Both the position numbers and the translations under genes were made by a program. The notes beneath the pieces were generated by a model, which was not told the DNA's origin, made no database searches, and was given only the letters and a program-made list of their open reading frames with translations. This document shows, one piece after another, positions 28,691-40,385 of a DNA stretch of 64,000 nt. The first letter of the stretch is position 1. The number at the start of each line of letters is the position of its first letter. Origin of the DNA: Mycoplasmatota bacterium (lineage in GTDB: Bacteria > Bacillota_I > Bacilli_A > MAG-NZ); NCBI GenBank assembly GCA_018394315.1, contig CP074575.1, forward strand, positions 1,458,615 to 1,522,614, in the 5' to 3' direction.

Positions 28691-31012
28691 ATGCAACTTA
28701 ACAATAAAGTTATTGAAAGAGCTTATCCCGCAATGGCTATTCGTGGAATTGTGGCTTTACCAGATAACGATATAAGGTTAGAAGTAGGACGTGAGTTTAG
28801 TAAAAAAGCGTTGCTTGAAGCTGAAAAACACGATAATCATATAGTATTATTAATACAAAAAAGTCCTTTGATTGAGAATCCAAAACCTGAAGATTTATAT
28901 GATAGAGCTATAATTGGAAAAATCACAATGAAAATCAAGTTACCAAATGGTAATTATAAAGTTAAAGTGAATGGTATCGTTCGAGCCAAAGTTAACTACT
29001 TTGTGAGCGAGGAACCATATTTTAGTGTGTTTGTAGAGTCAATGCCTTTTATCCAAACAAATGTAGATGAAGAAATTGCCTTAATTCGTATGATTGTTAA
29101 TGAAGTGGTAGACAATTCTGAAGACATATTTATGAACGGTAAAAACGTAGTTTCTGCTATTCAAAGTGGCGTAACATCTGAAAAGTTAGCGAATATAGTT
29201 GCATTTAACTTAAAGATTCATGAATCAGAAAAAGTTAAATACTTAGTAAATCCAGATGTTAATGAAAGATTACAAAGTGCTCTTAAAGATATTGAAAGAG
29301 AAAAATATTTACATAGTCTTGAAAATGATATTAATAAACAGGTAAGAGAAAGCATTGATGAAAATCAAAAAGAATATTATTTACGCGAGAAAATGAAAGC
29401 AATTCAAAATGAACTTGGCGACAAGGCAAAAAAAGAGACAGAAATAGATCAACTTAAAAATAAAATTATAGATAAAGGTATGCCTTCTGAAATCGAAGAA
29501 AAAGCTCTTAATGAATTAAGTAGATATGAGACATTACCTGCAAGTTCAGCAGAGAGTGGTGTTATCAGAACATACTTAGATTTTTTAGTTGACTTACCTT
29601 GGACAGAAGCAACTGAAGACAATGATGACATTAAAAATGCTGAAAAGGTATTAGATGAAGGACATTATGGATTAGAAAAAGTTAAAGAACGTATCTTAGA
29701 ATACTTAGCAGTTAAGATTGCTACTAAGAAAAATCCTCAAACGATTTTATGTTTAGTTGGACCTCCTGGTGTTGGGAAAACTTCACTAGCACATGGTATT
29801 GCTGAAGCATTAAATAGAAAATTTGTAAAAGTTGCTTTAGGTGGAGTTAAAGATGAATCAGAGATTCGTGGACATAGACGTACATATATTGGAGCTTTAC
29901 CTGGTAGAGTTCTACAGTCTATGAAAAAAGCAAAAGTTATTAATCCACTATTCTTAATTGATGAAATTGATAAAATGAGTTCAAACTTCAGAGGCGACCC
30001 AGCTTCTGCAATGCTTGAAGTATTGGACCCTGAACAAAATAAATTCTTTAGCGATCATTATTTAGAAGAAGAATATGATTTAAGTAATGTATTATTTATA
30101 GCAACAGCTAATTACTTGGAAAATATTCCTGCTCCACTTAGGGATAGAATGGAAATTGTCCAGTTATCGTCTTATACGGAAGATGAAAAGCTTGAGATTG
30201 CTAAAAATCATTTAATAAAAAGACAAATGAGTGCTCATGGTCTAACTAAAAATGAATTTAAAGTATCTGATGCTGCAATCATGGAAATTATTCAAAAATA
30301 TACTAGAGAAGCAGGAGTTAGACAACTAGATAGATTAATCGGTTCACTTTCTAGAAAAGCAATTAAGAAAATATTAGAAAAAGAGATAAAACAAGCCAAT
30401 ATTACTAAAACAAACTTGGTTGATTATTTAGGTAAATCTTTATTCAGCCACAATAGAACCGAAAAGAAAGATCAAATTGGAGTTGTTACTGGATTAGCTT
30501 ATACTCAATTTGGTGGTGATACATTACCTGTAGAAGTTACATACTTTGAAGGAAATGGAAAATTAGTCCTTACTGGTAAACTAGGAGATGTAATGAAAGA
30601 ATCAGCTCAGGCAGCTTTAAGTTTTGTTAAATCAAATAGTAGTAAGTATAATATTAATCCAAAATTATTTAAAGAGAACGATATTCATATCCACGTTCCT
30701 GAAGGAGCAGTACCGAAAGATGGTCCTAGTGCAGGAATTACAATTACAACAGCTATAGTTTCGGCATTAACAAACCGTAAAGTTGATAGATTAACTGGAA
30801 TGACAGGGGAAATAACATTAAGAGGACGTGTGTTACCAATCGGTGGCCTTAAAGAAAAGTCAATCGCAGCTCATAGATCTGGATTGAAGCAAATAATCAT
30901 TCCTAAGGATAATGAGAAGGATATTGATGATATTCCAAAAAGTATTAGAGAGTCACTTGAAATAAAATCAGTTGATGATATTAATGATGTAATTAAAATA
31001 GCGCTTAGATAG
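28691..31012 (+). CDS. lon: Lon protease
   Basis: GPPGVGKT, PKDGPSAG; ATG after GGAGAGGTG. Confidence 0.97.
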   Translation: MQLNNKVIERAYPAMAIRGIVALPDNDIRLEVGREFSKKALLEAEKHDNHIVLLIQKSPLIENPKPEDLYDRAIIGKITMKIKLPNGNYKVKVNGIVRAKVNYFVSEEPYFSVFVESMPFIQTNVDEEIALIRMIVNEVVDNSEDIFMNGKNVVSAIQSGVTSEKLANIVAFNLKIHESEKVKYLVNPDVNERLQSALKDIEREKYLHSLENDINKQVRESIDENQKEYYLREKMKAIQNELGDKAKKETEIDQLKNKIIDKGMPSEIEEKALNELSRYETLPASSAESGVIRTYLDFLVDLPWTEATEDNDDIKNAEKVLDEGHYGLEKVKERILEYLAVKIATKKNPQTILCLVGPPGVGKTSLAHGIAEALNRKFVKVALGGVKDESEIRGHRRTYIGALPGRVLQSMKKAKVINPLFLIDEIDKMSSNFRGDPASAMLEVLDPEQNKFFSDHYLEEEYDLSNVLFIATANYLENIPAPLRDRMEIVQLSSYTEDEKLEIAKNHLIKRQMSAHGLTKNEFKVSDAAIMEIIQKYTREAGVRQLDRLIGSLSRKAIKKILEKEIKQANITKTNLVDYLGKSLFSHNRTEKKDQIGVVTGLAYTQFGGDTLPVEVTYFEGNGKLVLTGKLGDVMKESAQAALSFVKSNSSKYNINPKLFKENDIHIHVPEGAVPKDGPSAGITITTAIVSALTNRKVDRLTGMTGEITLRGRVLPIGGLKEKSIAAHRSGLKQIIIPKDNEKDIDDIPKSIRESLEIKSVDDINDVIKIALR

Positions 31013-31216
31013 AGAAGTTGTTAACAACTTCTTTTTCTTATATTTTCTATATTAAATGAGTACTAGTAGAACAGACTTTTAATTCTCTATAAAAGTATTT
31101 TTGTGATAGAATACTAACAGGAGGAAAATTATATTTATCCAGATTTAAAAAATGAATTTCAATCCTTCTATATTTGATGTATCATGTTATTACAAAAGAA
31201 TTTTTAGGAGATAAGA

Positions 31217-31801
31217 ATGAAAATAAAAAGTGCAGAATATAAATTAACTGGAGTTAGATTCGATCAATTTCCAGACAACAATTTTCCAGAGTTTGTAATG
31301 CTTGGTAGAAGTAATGTTGGAAAAAGTAGTTTCATTAACAGTTTATTAAATAAGAAAAATCTAGCATACACATCTAGTAAGCCAGGGAAAACACAAACAT
31401 TAAATTTCTTTTTAATTAATAAGGAATTTTACCTTGTTGATGTACCGGGTTATGGATACGCAAAAGTAAGTAAAAAAATGCGTGAAGAATTTGGGAAAAT
31501 GATTGAGAATTACTTACTCAATAGAACAACTTTGAAACATTCATTTTTAATTGTTGATTTAAGACATCAGCCATCAGAAGATGATGTCTTAATGTATGAA
31601 TTTTTAAAGTATTACCAAGTACCAACGACTATCATTGCTACAAAGGCGGATAAGATTGGAAAAACTCACATTTTAAAACATATTAAATTAATTGAAAAGA
31701 CACTGAATATCAAAAGAAATGATAACTTGATTATTTACTCAAGTGAAACTAAACAAGGTAAAGACGATGTCCTAAACCTACTCGAAAAACTAATATACTA
31801 A
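31217..31801 (+). CDS. engB: Ribosome biogenesis GTPase YsxC/EngB
   Basis: GRSNVGKS, DVPGYG, TKAD. Confidence 0.95.
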   Translation: MKIKSAEYKLTGVRFDQFPDNNFPEFVMLGRSNVGKSSFINSLLNKKNLAYTSSKPGKTQTLNFFLINKEFYLVDVPGYGYAKVSKKMREEFGKMIENYLLNRTTLKHSFLIVDLRHQPSEDDVLMYEFLKYYQVPTTIIATKADKIGKTHILKHIKLIEKTLNIKRNDNLIIYSSETKQGKDDVLNLLEKLIY

Positions 31802-31901
31802 ATTTAAGAATATTTAAATGGCTATTAATTGGCCATTTTTTCATATAATTAATATTTTTTTCATAATTTATATTGATAGGGGGTGTGAGAATCGATAATT
31901 A

Positions 31902-32714
31902 TTGTACGACTTAACTAAGCGTAGAGTGGTCGATTCGGAAAATATGAAGCATATTATAAATTGTGATGCAACTATAGATTTAAAGATGGTAACAAATGTA
32001 TATAGTCTTGACTATGAATTCGATGAGAATAGTCTAAATGAGCAACGCGAAGGTAAAATAAAGTTATTTGGAAGGTTTGTTACAGATGACTTAGAAAACA
32101 TTAAGGATTTTGAGTCATATGTTGATTTTACTTTGGACTTTGATGATGAAAGATACAAAATAACTTCTTTAGAATGTGAAAACTTGAATTATGATGTCGT
32201 TTTTGGAAGAGGAATTAACGCTAGTTTCGATGTGGTTGTTGATTATATAGAATTAGAGGAAGAAACAGAATTAATCAAGGACCAAGTTGATGAGGAAACA
32301 GATGAATTGCTTGGTGAATTATTAAAGAATAGAGACGATTCTTTTTTAGAGGTAGAGCCGGTAGAAACAAATGATTCTTATATAGAGGAAGAATCAAATG
32401 TAGAAGCACCGGAGGAAAAAGAATCATATGTAGAAGTACCGGATGAAACAATATCAGATTATGAAGTATTTGACGTAGAAGAACAAGATGAAATTGAAGT
32501 ACCAATGGAAAATAAAGTTAAAATTCATGGTAATGAAGAGAGGTTAACTTTCCATATGGAAGAAACTTATACTAAATATAAAGTAATATTCAATGCTAAT
32601 GAAAAGAAAATTGAGGAGATGGCAAGAAAATATAATAAATCAGTAGAAGACATATATAAAGAAAATCAATACAATATCAGTAACACAATTTTAATCAAAG
32701 ATGAAATTGATTGA
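31902..32714 (+). CDS. SpoVID-like spore coat morphogenetic protein (diverged)
   Basis: Acidic linker, degenerate C-terminal LysM-like end; position before ysxE-like gene and valS as in Bacillus. Confidence 0.45.
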   Translation: MYDLTKRRVVDSENMKHIINCDATIDLKMVTNVYSLDYEFDENSLNEQREGKIKLFGRFVTDDLENIKDFESYVDFTLDFDDERYKITSLECENLNYDVVFGRGINASFDVVVDYIELEEETELIKDQVDEETDELLGELLKNRDDSFLEVEPVETNDSYIEEESNVEAPEEKESYVEVPDETISDYEVFDVEEQDEIEVPMENKVKIHGNEERLTFHMEETYTKYKVIFNANEKKIEEMARKYNKSVEDIYKENQYNISNTILIKDEID

Positions 32715-33612
32715 TGAGCTTAAGACTCAAGGAATAAATGTTACTAATATCAGTCGAATTAATAATGACATATATATATTAAGTGATAATAATAATCAAT
32801 ATGTATTGAAAAAAGTGAATGATAATGGAATATATGAATTTTTATTCTCGCAAGGAGTAACTTCTGTTATATATCCTTTATCTATCAATAATAGTAATAA
32901 AATAGTAATTAGAAATTTTGATTACTATTTATTTAATTATGAAAAGGAAATAAAATATCCTGCAAAAAAAAAGGTGCATGATTTAGCTTCAGCGATTCAG
33001 AATATACATTTTTCTACTACTTCAAAATACAAAGTTAAACCAGAGAACGCGATTCCTCGTTTTAAGAAGATGTATCTATTCTTAAATTATCAATTTGATA
33101 GAATTGATAATTTTATGCGTGTTTTTGAAACCAAAGAATTATATTCTGATATTGATTATATGGTGCTAAATAGATACCATATAATGATCGATTTAAAGTA
33201 CTATATGAGCAGATTGCAGATGAAGATACTGGATTATTTAGAAAAAGGGTTAGAACCGATTTTATGTCTAAATCATGGGAACCCACGAATAGATCATCTT
33301 ATTAACAAAAAGCTGATTTCATTTAATCATGCAAGATTATCTGTTCCCGTATATGATATTGCTCTTTTTTACATTAATTCTGCACATATTAATGTAGACT
33401 TTGCTTCTTTAATTAATAATTGGTTAGATAAATTTGATAATGATTTTTATAGATTGTATTTCAAATTTTTAGTTATTTACATATATATTTTTAGCATTAA
33501 TGTTTCTGATTTTAATAATTACTCTAATTTCATTAATATTTGCAATAAGATTGAAATGTTTATAGAAGTGTTCTTACTTAAAACAGACAACACAAATGAG
33601 AATCAGCAATAA
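32701..33612 (+). CDS. YsxE/CotS-like spore coat kinase-fold protein
   Basis: YVLK, CLNHGN...H, YDIA motifs; synteny. Confidence 0.55.
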   Translation: MKLIDELKTQGINVTNISRINNDIYILSDNNNQYVLKKVNDNGIYEFLFSQGVTSVIYPLSINNSNKIVIRNFDYYLFNYEKEIKYPAKKKVHDLASAIQNIHFSTTSKYKVKPENAIPRFKKMYLFLNYQFDRIDNFMRVFETKELYSDIDYMVLNRYHIMIDLKYYMSRLQMKILDYLEKGLEPILCLNHGNPRIDHLINKKLISFNHARLSVPVYDIALFYINSAHINVDFASLINNWLDKFDNDFYRLYFKFLVIYIYIFSINVSDFNNYSNFINICNKIEMFIEVFLLKTDNTNENQQ

Positions 33613-33732
33613 GATAATTAAAAGAATTATATTAGCTGTTGAATAAAAGCAAATTGTTAAGAATATTTGCCATGTCAAAATTGAAAAAAATATACATTTA
33701 ATTCGTCTACCACATTGTAAAAGAATTCTCAT
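33574..33732 (-). CDS. 52-aa hydrophobic peptide (YszA-like position), absent from the ORF track
   Basis: AGGTGA RBS; MRILLQCGRRIKCIFFSILTWQIFLTICFYSTANIILLIILLLILICVVCFK. Confidence 0.55.
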   Translation of the reverse strand: MRILLQCGRRIKCIFFSILTWQIFLTICFYSTANIILLIILLLILICVVCFK

Positions 33733-33863
33733 ATAGATCACCTGACTCCAATCCTAAAAAATAAAAAAACTCAGTTTAATGTAGAAACCTTCATAATAAT
33801 ATATGTAATCTAAATGATATAGTTGACTTTGAAAATTCGTATGATAAAATTAGTGTAATATTA

Positions 33864-34090
33864 CGATGAAGTAGAGGAGTAACTATATTAATGATTCTTA
33901 GAGAGAGATTGAGTGCTGGAAGATCTCATTCATGTATAGTGAAGGTAGCTATTGAGTATAACAAACGAAATAAAAAGTAATTTGTTACGTAATCCTGCGT
34001 TAAAGGCTCGAGTGCATAATTTTTAATTATGAATTAAGGTGGTAACGCGTTAATAACGTCCTTGGAGAAATTCAAGGGCTTTTTTTATTA
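33864..34090 (+). promoter_or_regulatory. Val T-box riboswitch
   Basis: AGAGA and GCTGGA stem I motifs, GAAG-GTA specifier, AAGGTGGTAACGCG T-box, terminator at ~34060-34087. Confidence 0.9.
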
Positions 34091-34108
34091 AAAAAAAGGA
34101 GTGATTTT

Positions 34109-34432
34109 ATGGGTATTATATTTGCAGGGTTTTTAGTCGTCTATTCGACTTTTAAAACGATTTTTATTGGAAGAAGAAAAACTAGTTCAACATTACTAGG
34201 ATATGATACACAAGTATTAAGTAAAGAAAAACATAGAGAATTCAGTAATTATGTTTTGAATACACTAGTAAATCTAACATTTCTTTTTGGAGTAATTGTA
34301 TTTTTGATTGATAGTTATACTGAGTATGGACTACTTGCTGGTATTGGATTTACAATATTTGCATTTATACTTGATGTACTACTAATCAAAAACATCATTC
34401 CTAGAGAATATGAAAAAATTAAAGGGAGATAA
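34109..34432 (+). CDS. Small membrane protein between the T-box and valS
   Basis: 3 TM segments; AAGGAG RBS. Confidence 0.7.
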   Translation: MGIIFAGFLVVYSTFKTIFIGRRKTSSTLLGYDTQVLSKEKHREFSNYVLNTLVNLTFLFGVIVFLIDSYTEYGLLAGIGFTIFAFILDVLLIKNIIPREYEKIKGR

Positions 34433-34435
34433 ACT

Positions 34436-37021
34436 ATGAATAAAGAAATGAAGCCTAAATATAATCATTTAGAAGTAGAAAAAGATAAATATAAATTCTG
34501 GCTTGAAGGTGGATTCTTCAAATCAGGAGATAAATCAAAAGATCCGTTTACAATTGTAATTCCACCACCAAACGTGACTGGTAAACTACATTTAGGTCAT
34601 GCATGGGATACAACATTACAAGATATTATTATTAGAAGAAAACGAATGCAAGGTTATGATGCTTTATGGCTTCCAGGGATGGACCACGCAGGTATTGCTA
34701 CTCAAGCAAAAGTTGATGCTAGACTAAAGGAACAAGGAATTAGTAGATATGACCTTGGTAGAGAGAAGTTTTTAGAAGCAGCTTGGAACTGGAAACATGA
34801 ATATGCAGAAAATATACATAATCAATGGGCTAATCTTGGACTTTCTTTAGACTACAGTAAAGAAAGATTTACGTTAGACAAAGGATTAAATGACGCTGTT
34901 AATGAAGTTTTCATTAAACTATATAATGAAGGTTTAATTTATCAAGGCGTTAGAATAATAAATTGGGATCCAGAAGCAAAGACTGCACTAAGTAACATTG
35001 AAGTAGAACATAAAGACGTTGAAGGAGCGTTTTATCATTTTAAGTATCCGTTCGTTGACGAGACGGGTTATATGCAAATTGCTACAACAAGACCTGAAAC
35101 GATGTTTGGTGACACTGCATTAATGGTACATCCAGATGATGAAAGATGGAGCAAAGTTGTAGGAAAAGAAGTATTTATTCCTGGAACAAATACTAAAATT
35201 CCAATTATCTTAGATGATTATGTTGATATGGAATTTGGAACAGGGGTTGTAAAGGTTACACCTGCACATGATCCAAATGATTATGAGGTAGGATTAAGAC
35301 ATGATTTAGATATGCCTTTGTGTATGAATGATGATGGAACTATGAATGAATTAGCTGGCAAATACAATGGAATTGACCGCTTTGAATGTAGGAAACAAGT
35401 TGTAGCGGATTTAACTGAACTAGGTTTATGTCCTTTAGTAGAGAAAATCACTCACTCAGTTGGACATAGTGAAAGAACAGGAGTTATGGTAGAACCTAGA
35501 CTTTCAAAACAATGGTTTGTAAAGATGGAGTCACTAGCTCAAGGTACATTAGATTTTCAGCAAGATAGTGATAGAATAAACATCGTTCCAAGTAGATTTG
35601 AAGGTACTTTAAATCGTTGGATGGAAGGAATAAGAGATTGGTGTATATCTAGACAATTATGGTGGGGACACAGAATACCAGCTTGGTATAGAAACGATGA
35701 AGTAAAGGTTCAAATTGATAGTCCTGGTGAAGGATGGGTTCAAGATGAGGATGTTCTTGACACTTGGTTTAGTAGCGCTTTATGGCCATTTTCTACACTT
35801 GGTTGGCCAAACGAAACAGAAGATATTAAGAGATATTATCCAACTAATGTACTTGTAACTGGTTATGACATTATCTTTTTTTGGGTATCTAGAATGATCT
35901 TTCAAGGATTGCATTTTACTAAACAAAAACCATTTAACGACGTTTTAGTTCATGGTTTAATAAGAGATTCACAAGGAAGAAAAATGTCTAAATCTTTAGG
36001 TAATGGTATTGACCCAATGGATCTAATTGAACAATACGGTTGCGATAGTTTAAGATATTATTTAACTACAAATTCGACTCCTGGACAAGATCTAAGATAT
36101 AATAAGGAAAAACTTGAATCTAGCTGGAATTTTATTAATAAACTTTGGAATATTTCTAGATATGTTTTGATGAATGTTGATTCGAAAAAAGAGTTGAATT
36201 ATAGTAACTTAAATACAGTAGACAAGTGGATAATCTCAAAATTAAACGAAACCCTTGAAATAATAGATAGCAATTATGATAAGTATGAATTTGGTGAAGT
36301 AGCAAGAGCACTATATAGTTTCACTTGGGATACTTTTGCCTCATGGTATGTGGAAATGAGCAAAGTGTCATTAAATGAAGAGGGCGAAACTAAGTCGGTA
36401 TTACTTTACGTTTTAGAGTCAGTTATTAAACTCTTACATCCGTTTATGCCACATGTGACAGAAGAAATATATCAAATGTTACCTGAAGGAGATAAATCTA
36501 TATCTATAAGTACTTGGCCTGAAGAAAGTTTTATGGATTCTAAAGCAATGAAACAAGTCGATAATCTTACTGAGTTAATTAGGTCTATAAGAAATGTTAG
36601 AAACGAAAAAAATGTTCCTTTATCTAAACCAATTGATTTAATTATAAAAGCAAATTCTAATCAAACTGTTACTTATCTTAATGATTTAAGAACCTATGTT
36701 GATAAATTCTGCAATCCAAATTCATTAATAATAGATACTAAAGTAAAAATTGATAGTAATGTCATAAGTATAGTTCTAGAAGACTTCACTGTTTATTTAC
36801 CTTTAGCAGGGTTGATTGATTTAGAAGAAGAGAAGATACGTTTAAAAAAAGAACTGAAAAGACTGCTTGGAGAAATAGAGCGTGGAGAAAAGATGTTGAG
36901 TAATGAGAACTTTATTTCTAAAGCCCCGAAAGCCAAAATAGATAGTGAAAATGATAAATTAACAAGCTACAAAAAACAGTATCAAGAAGTTAAGGATACG
37001 CTAGAAAATATAAATGAATAA
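34436..37021 (+). CDS. valS: Valyl-tRNA synthetase
   Basis: [18 protein letters not shown]. Confidence 0.98.
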   Translation: MNKEMKPKYNHLEVEKDKYKFWLEGGFFKSGDKSKDPFTIVIPPPNVTGKLHLGHAWDTTLQDIIIRRKRMQGYDALWLPGMDHAGIATQAKVDARLKEQGISRYDLGREKFLEAAWNWKHEYAENIHNQWANLGLSLDYSKERFTLDKGLNDAVNEVFIKLYNEGLIYQGVRIINWDPEAKTALSNIEVEHKDVEGAFYHFKYPFVDETGYMQIATTRPETMFGDTALMVHPDDERWSKVVGKEVFIPGTNTKIPIILDDYVDMEFGTGVVKVTPAHDPNDYEVGLRHDLDMPLCMNDDGTMNELAGKYNGIDRFECRKQVVADLTELGLCPLVEKITHSVGHSERTGVMVEPRLSKQWFVKMESLAQGTLDFQQDSDRINIVPSRFEGTLNRWMEGIRDWCISRQLWWGHRIPAWYRNDEVKVQIDSPGEGWVQDEDVLDTWFSSALWPFSTLGWPNETEDIKRYYPTNVLVTGYDIIFFWVSRMIFQGLHFTKQKPFNDVLVHGLIRDSQGRKMSKSLGNGIDPMDLIEQYGCDSLRYYLTTNSTPGQDLRYNKEKLESSWNFINKLWNISRYVLMNVDSKKELNYSNLNTVDKWIISKLNETLEIIDSNYDKYEFGEVARALYSFTWDTFASWYVEMSKVSLNEEGETKSVLLYVLESVIKLLHPFMPHVTEEIYQMLPEGDKSISISTWPEESFMDSKAMKQVDNLTELIRSIRNVRNEKNVPLSKPIDLIIKANSNQTVTYLNDLRTYVDKFCNPNSLIIDTKVKIDSNVISIVLEDFTVYLPLAGLIDLEEEKIRLKKELKRLLGEIERGEKMLSNENFISKAPKAKIDSENDKLTSYKKQYQEVKDTLENINE

Positions 37022-37108
37022 AACGTATTCTAAAGTGCTTTATTTATATTTATAGAAGTGATATAATAGGTTAGCAAAAAGAAATCATATAAAAGAAGGA
37101 GTGGAATT

Positions 37109-39172
37109 ATGAAGGGTTATAAACCTGAATCTGTAAAAAATATTGCTGTTTTGGGACACCAAGGTTGCGGTAAAACGCTATTCGTTGAATCGCTTTTACA
37201 TTCAGCAAAAGTTATCGGTGTTAAGGGTAAATTAGAAACTGGAAATACAGTATCTGATTATCTAAAAGAAGAGAAAGATCATCAAATGACAATTTCCTCA
37301 TCAATAATACCTATTGAGTTTGGTTCATATAAATTCAATTTTATTGACACGCCTGGATTTTTAGATTTAGTAGCAGAAACAACTTCAGCATTAAGAGTTT
37401 CATCTGCAGCTATCTTAGTTATAGATGGTTCTAGTGGTATTCAAGTTGGAACTGAAAAAGCATGGGATTTTTTAAGAAAATATTCAATTCCAACACTTAT
37501 TTTTATTAACAAATTAGATAAAGAAAACATTGAATTTGATAAAGTAATTACTGAAATAAGAGAAAAATTTGGTAAAGGTTGTATACCGGTAGGTGTACCG
37601 ATTGGATCTGAAAGTGATTTTAAAGGTATTGGTAGAGTTTTCTCGCAAAAAGAACGTATCTACGATGGGGATTCTTTCACTGATAAGGACATTACTGATG
37701 CAACAAAAGACACTATAGAAGCTTACCGTGATATGATGATTGAGGCTGTTGCAGAAACAAGCGAAGAGTTAATGGAAAAATATTTTGAGGGTGAAGAATT
37801 CACGCAAGCAGAAATTATGTCTGGTATTGAAGCCGGTGTGAGTAATGGTGAAGTCATCCCGATGTTGATAGGTTCTGCAGAAATGAGTATTGGCTCTAAT
37901 GAAATGCTTGAAGTATTAACTGAGGTCTCTCCTTCAGCTGAAAAACAGAAAACTCAGTTTTCTGATACAGGCAAAGAAGTTGAAGTAATCGAAGATATTA
38001 ATGCACCATTTAGTGCAATATGTTTTAAAACTGTAGTAGATCCATTCCTTGGGCAAATGTCTTATCTACAAGTAAAAACTGGTCAGTTAACTAAATCTCA
38101 ACCTATTCACATAGTAGGTAAAAAAGACAAGATTAAGTTTAATAGTATAATATTCATGAGAGGTAAGGAAACTGTCGATGCTGATTTTGTTGGTGTTGGA
38201 GATATATGCGTCGTGACTAAAATTGATCCTTTATCAACAGGTGATACATTAGCTGATCCGTCTGTTGAAAAAGCATTAAATCCATTACCAGCTCATCAAC
38301 CTACACTTTTTAAATCACTAGTACCAAAGAGTAAAAATGATGAAGATAAAATTGGTAGTGCTTTAAGTAGAATTGCTTCTGAGGATCGTTCTGTTGGATT
38401 ATTAAGACCAAAAGAAACAGGACAATTATTATTCGGTGCTTTAGGGCAAAAACAAATTGATTTATATTTAGAAAGAATGAAAAATCAGTTTGGTGTTGAA
38501 GTAGAAGTTGAAGAGATGGAAATAGTATACCGTGAAACTATTAGAGGAAATTCTGATGTTCAAGGTAAATATAAGAAACAATCAGGTGGATCTGGACAAT
38601 ATGGAGACGTTAAAATTAGATTTGCACCTACTGAAGAAGAATTTGTATTTAAAGAAGAAATATTTGGTGGTTCTGTTCCTAAGAACTATATACCAGCAGT
38701 TGAGAAAGGACTTAATGACGCTATCTTAACTGGTGGATTAGCTGGATACCCTGTAATTGGATTAGAAGCAACTTTATATGATGGATCTTATCATGCGGTA
38801 GATTCAAGTGAATTAGCCTTCAAAATGGCTGCTTCCATAGCATTTAAAGATGGTTTCATGAAAGCAAACCCAGTCTTGCTAGAGCCAATTATGGATGTAT
38901 CAATTACTGTACCGAATGATTACACTGGTGATGTTATGGGTGATTTAAGTAGACGTAGAGGTGTAGTAAGAGGTATGGAACCTTTAGGTAGCAAACAAAT
39001 CATAAAAGCTAAAGTTCCACAAGTGGAAATGTTAACTTATACGATAGATCTTAAATCATTAACTCAAGCACGAGGAACATTTGAGATGGAATTTGAGTCT
39101 TATCAAGAATGTCCACATAACATTTCGGAAGAAGTAATTGCTGCTAGAAAAGCTAAAAAGGAAAATGAATAA
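37109..39172 (+). CDS. Elongation factor G paralogue (EF-G II type)
   Basis: Five-domain EF-G architecture; GHQGCGKT, DTPGF, KQSGGSGQYG; outside the str operon. Confidence 0.9.
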   Translation: MKGYKPESVKNIAVLGHQGCGKTLFVESLLHSAKVIGVKGKLETGNTVSDYLKEEKDHQMTISSSIIPIEFGSYKFNFIDTPGFLDLVAETTSALRVSSAAILVIDGSSGIQVGTEKAWDFLRKYSIPTLIFINKLDKENIEFDKVITEIREKFGKGCIPVGVPIGSESDFKGIGRVFSQKERIYDGDSFTDKDITDATKDTIEAYRDMMIEAVAETSEELMEKYFEGEEFTQAEIMSGIEAGVSNGEVIPMLIGSAEMSIGSNEMLEVLTEVSPSAEKQKTQFSDTGKEVEVIEDINAPFSAICFKTVVDPFLGQMSYLQVKTGQLTKSQPIHIVGKKDKIKFNSIIFMRGKETVDADFVGVGDICVVTKIDPLSTGDTLADPSVEKALNPLPAHQPTLFKSLVPKSKNDEDKIGSALSRIASEDRSVGLLRPKETGQLLFGALGQKQIDLYLERMKNQFGVEVEVEEMEIVYRETIRGNSDVQGKYKKQSGGSGQYGDVKIRFAPTEEEFVFKEEIFGGSVPKNYIPAVEKGLNDAILTGGLAGYPVIGLEATLYDGSYHAVDSSELAFKMAASIAFKDGFMKANPVLLEPIMDVSITVPNDYTGDVMGDLSRRRGVVRGMEPLGSKQIIKAKVPQVEMLTYTIDLKSLTQARGTFEMEFESYQECPHNISEEVIAARKAKKENE

Positions 39173-39378
39173 TTCTAACTCTAATTAGATTATAATATTT
39201 AAAGGTATCATTCTTCTTAATGATACCTTTTTTAGTGAAATTAATTAAATACAAGGATTATTATGGAAATGTTCTCGAAATTTTTCTTAATTATTGATAT
39301 AATAAGTAAAAATTTGTAAAATACTACTTAGTGGATTCAATAGATTATTTAATAAAACTTTTAAATGTGAGGTAAAGG

Positions 39379-40224
39379 ATGAGAAGAATAGCTATAATAA
39401 TTGATAGTACTTGTTATTTAGATGAAAAATTCATAAAAGAAAATAATATTGAAGTTGTTTCCTTAAATGTGATTATCGACGGAGTATCTTATAAAGAGAC
39501 GGATATAGATAACAAAGTTGTATTTGATAGTTTAAAGGAAAACAAAAAGGTATCTACAGCTCAAGTAGCACCAGGACTTTTTGTTGAAGCTTACAATAAA
39601 TTAATAGATGAAGGGGTTGAAGATATTTTAGTTTTTCCAATATCGTCTGGACTAAGTGGTACGTATCAAGCTGCTTGCATAGCTAAGAAGATGGTTGAAG
39701 GAAACATTCATATTTTTGACTCTAAAGTAGCCGCTTATGGTGTTGAATTAATTGTTTTACAGGTTGTTGAGTTAATTAATCAAAATAAATCGAATGAAGA
39801 AGTAATTGAAAGAGCTAAATTATTTACAAGTAATGGCCATGTATTATTCACCCTAACAACACTTGATCATGTTGTTAGGGGTGGTAGAATTTCTAAGATG
39901 TCCGCTTTAATAGGAAACACTTTAAGGATTAAACCTGTTATTGAGATGATTGATGGGAAATTAGAAGTGACTAAAAAGTCTCGCACAAATAAGCGAATTA
40001 TTGATAACTTTATTGTTGAGGAGCTATATAAAGAGTCACTTAAATTCAAACGAATGTATTTAAGAATAATAAATTTAAAACAAGAAGACATTGCGTTAGA
40101 AATCGAACATAAAATATTGAATAAAATTCCAAATATAGAAGTAAGTCATACTAATTATATTGGACCAGTTTTTTCATATCATTTAGGTGATGAGGGATAC
40201 GGAATTACTTGGACAGCTGAATAA
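39379..40224 (+). CDS. DegV/FakB fatty-acid binding protein
   Basis: IDST, ISSGLSGT, GGRI. Confidence 0.9.
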   Translation: MRRIAIIIDSTCYLDEKFIKENNIEVVSLNVIIDGVSYKETDIDNKVVFDSLKENKKVSTAQVAPGLFVEAYNKLIDEGVEDILVFPISSGLSGTYQAACIAKKMVEGNIHIFDSKVAAYGVELIVLQVVELINQNKSNEEVIERAKLFTSNGHVLFTLTTLDHVVRGGRISKMSALIGNTLRIKPVIEMIDGKLEVTKKSRTNKRIIDNFIVEELYKESLKFKRMYLRIINLKQEDIALEIEHKILNKIPNIEVSHTNYIGPVFSYHLGDEGYGITWTAE

Positions 40225-40385
40225 ATAGAGATTAACATAAAAAAACATCCAACTATTCGAACTCAAGTTAGAAATTCTATAAAAACTTTATTCAAAAAGT
40301 TATATAATTAATTCAAAAAACAATATATAATTGTAAATGCTTATTAATAATAAAAGTAATAATTGTTTTTTAAAGGAGTAGTAAA

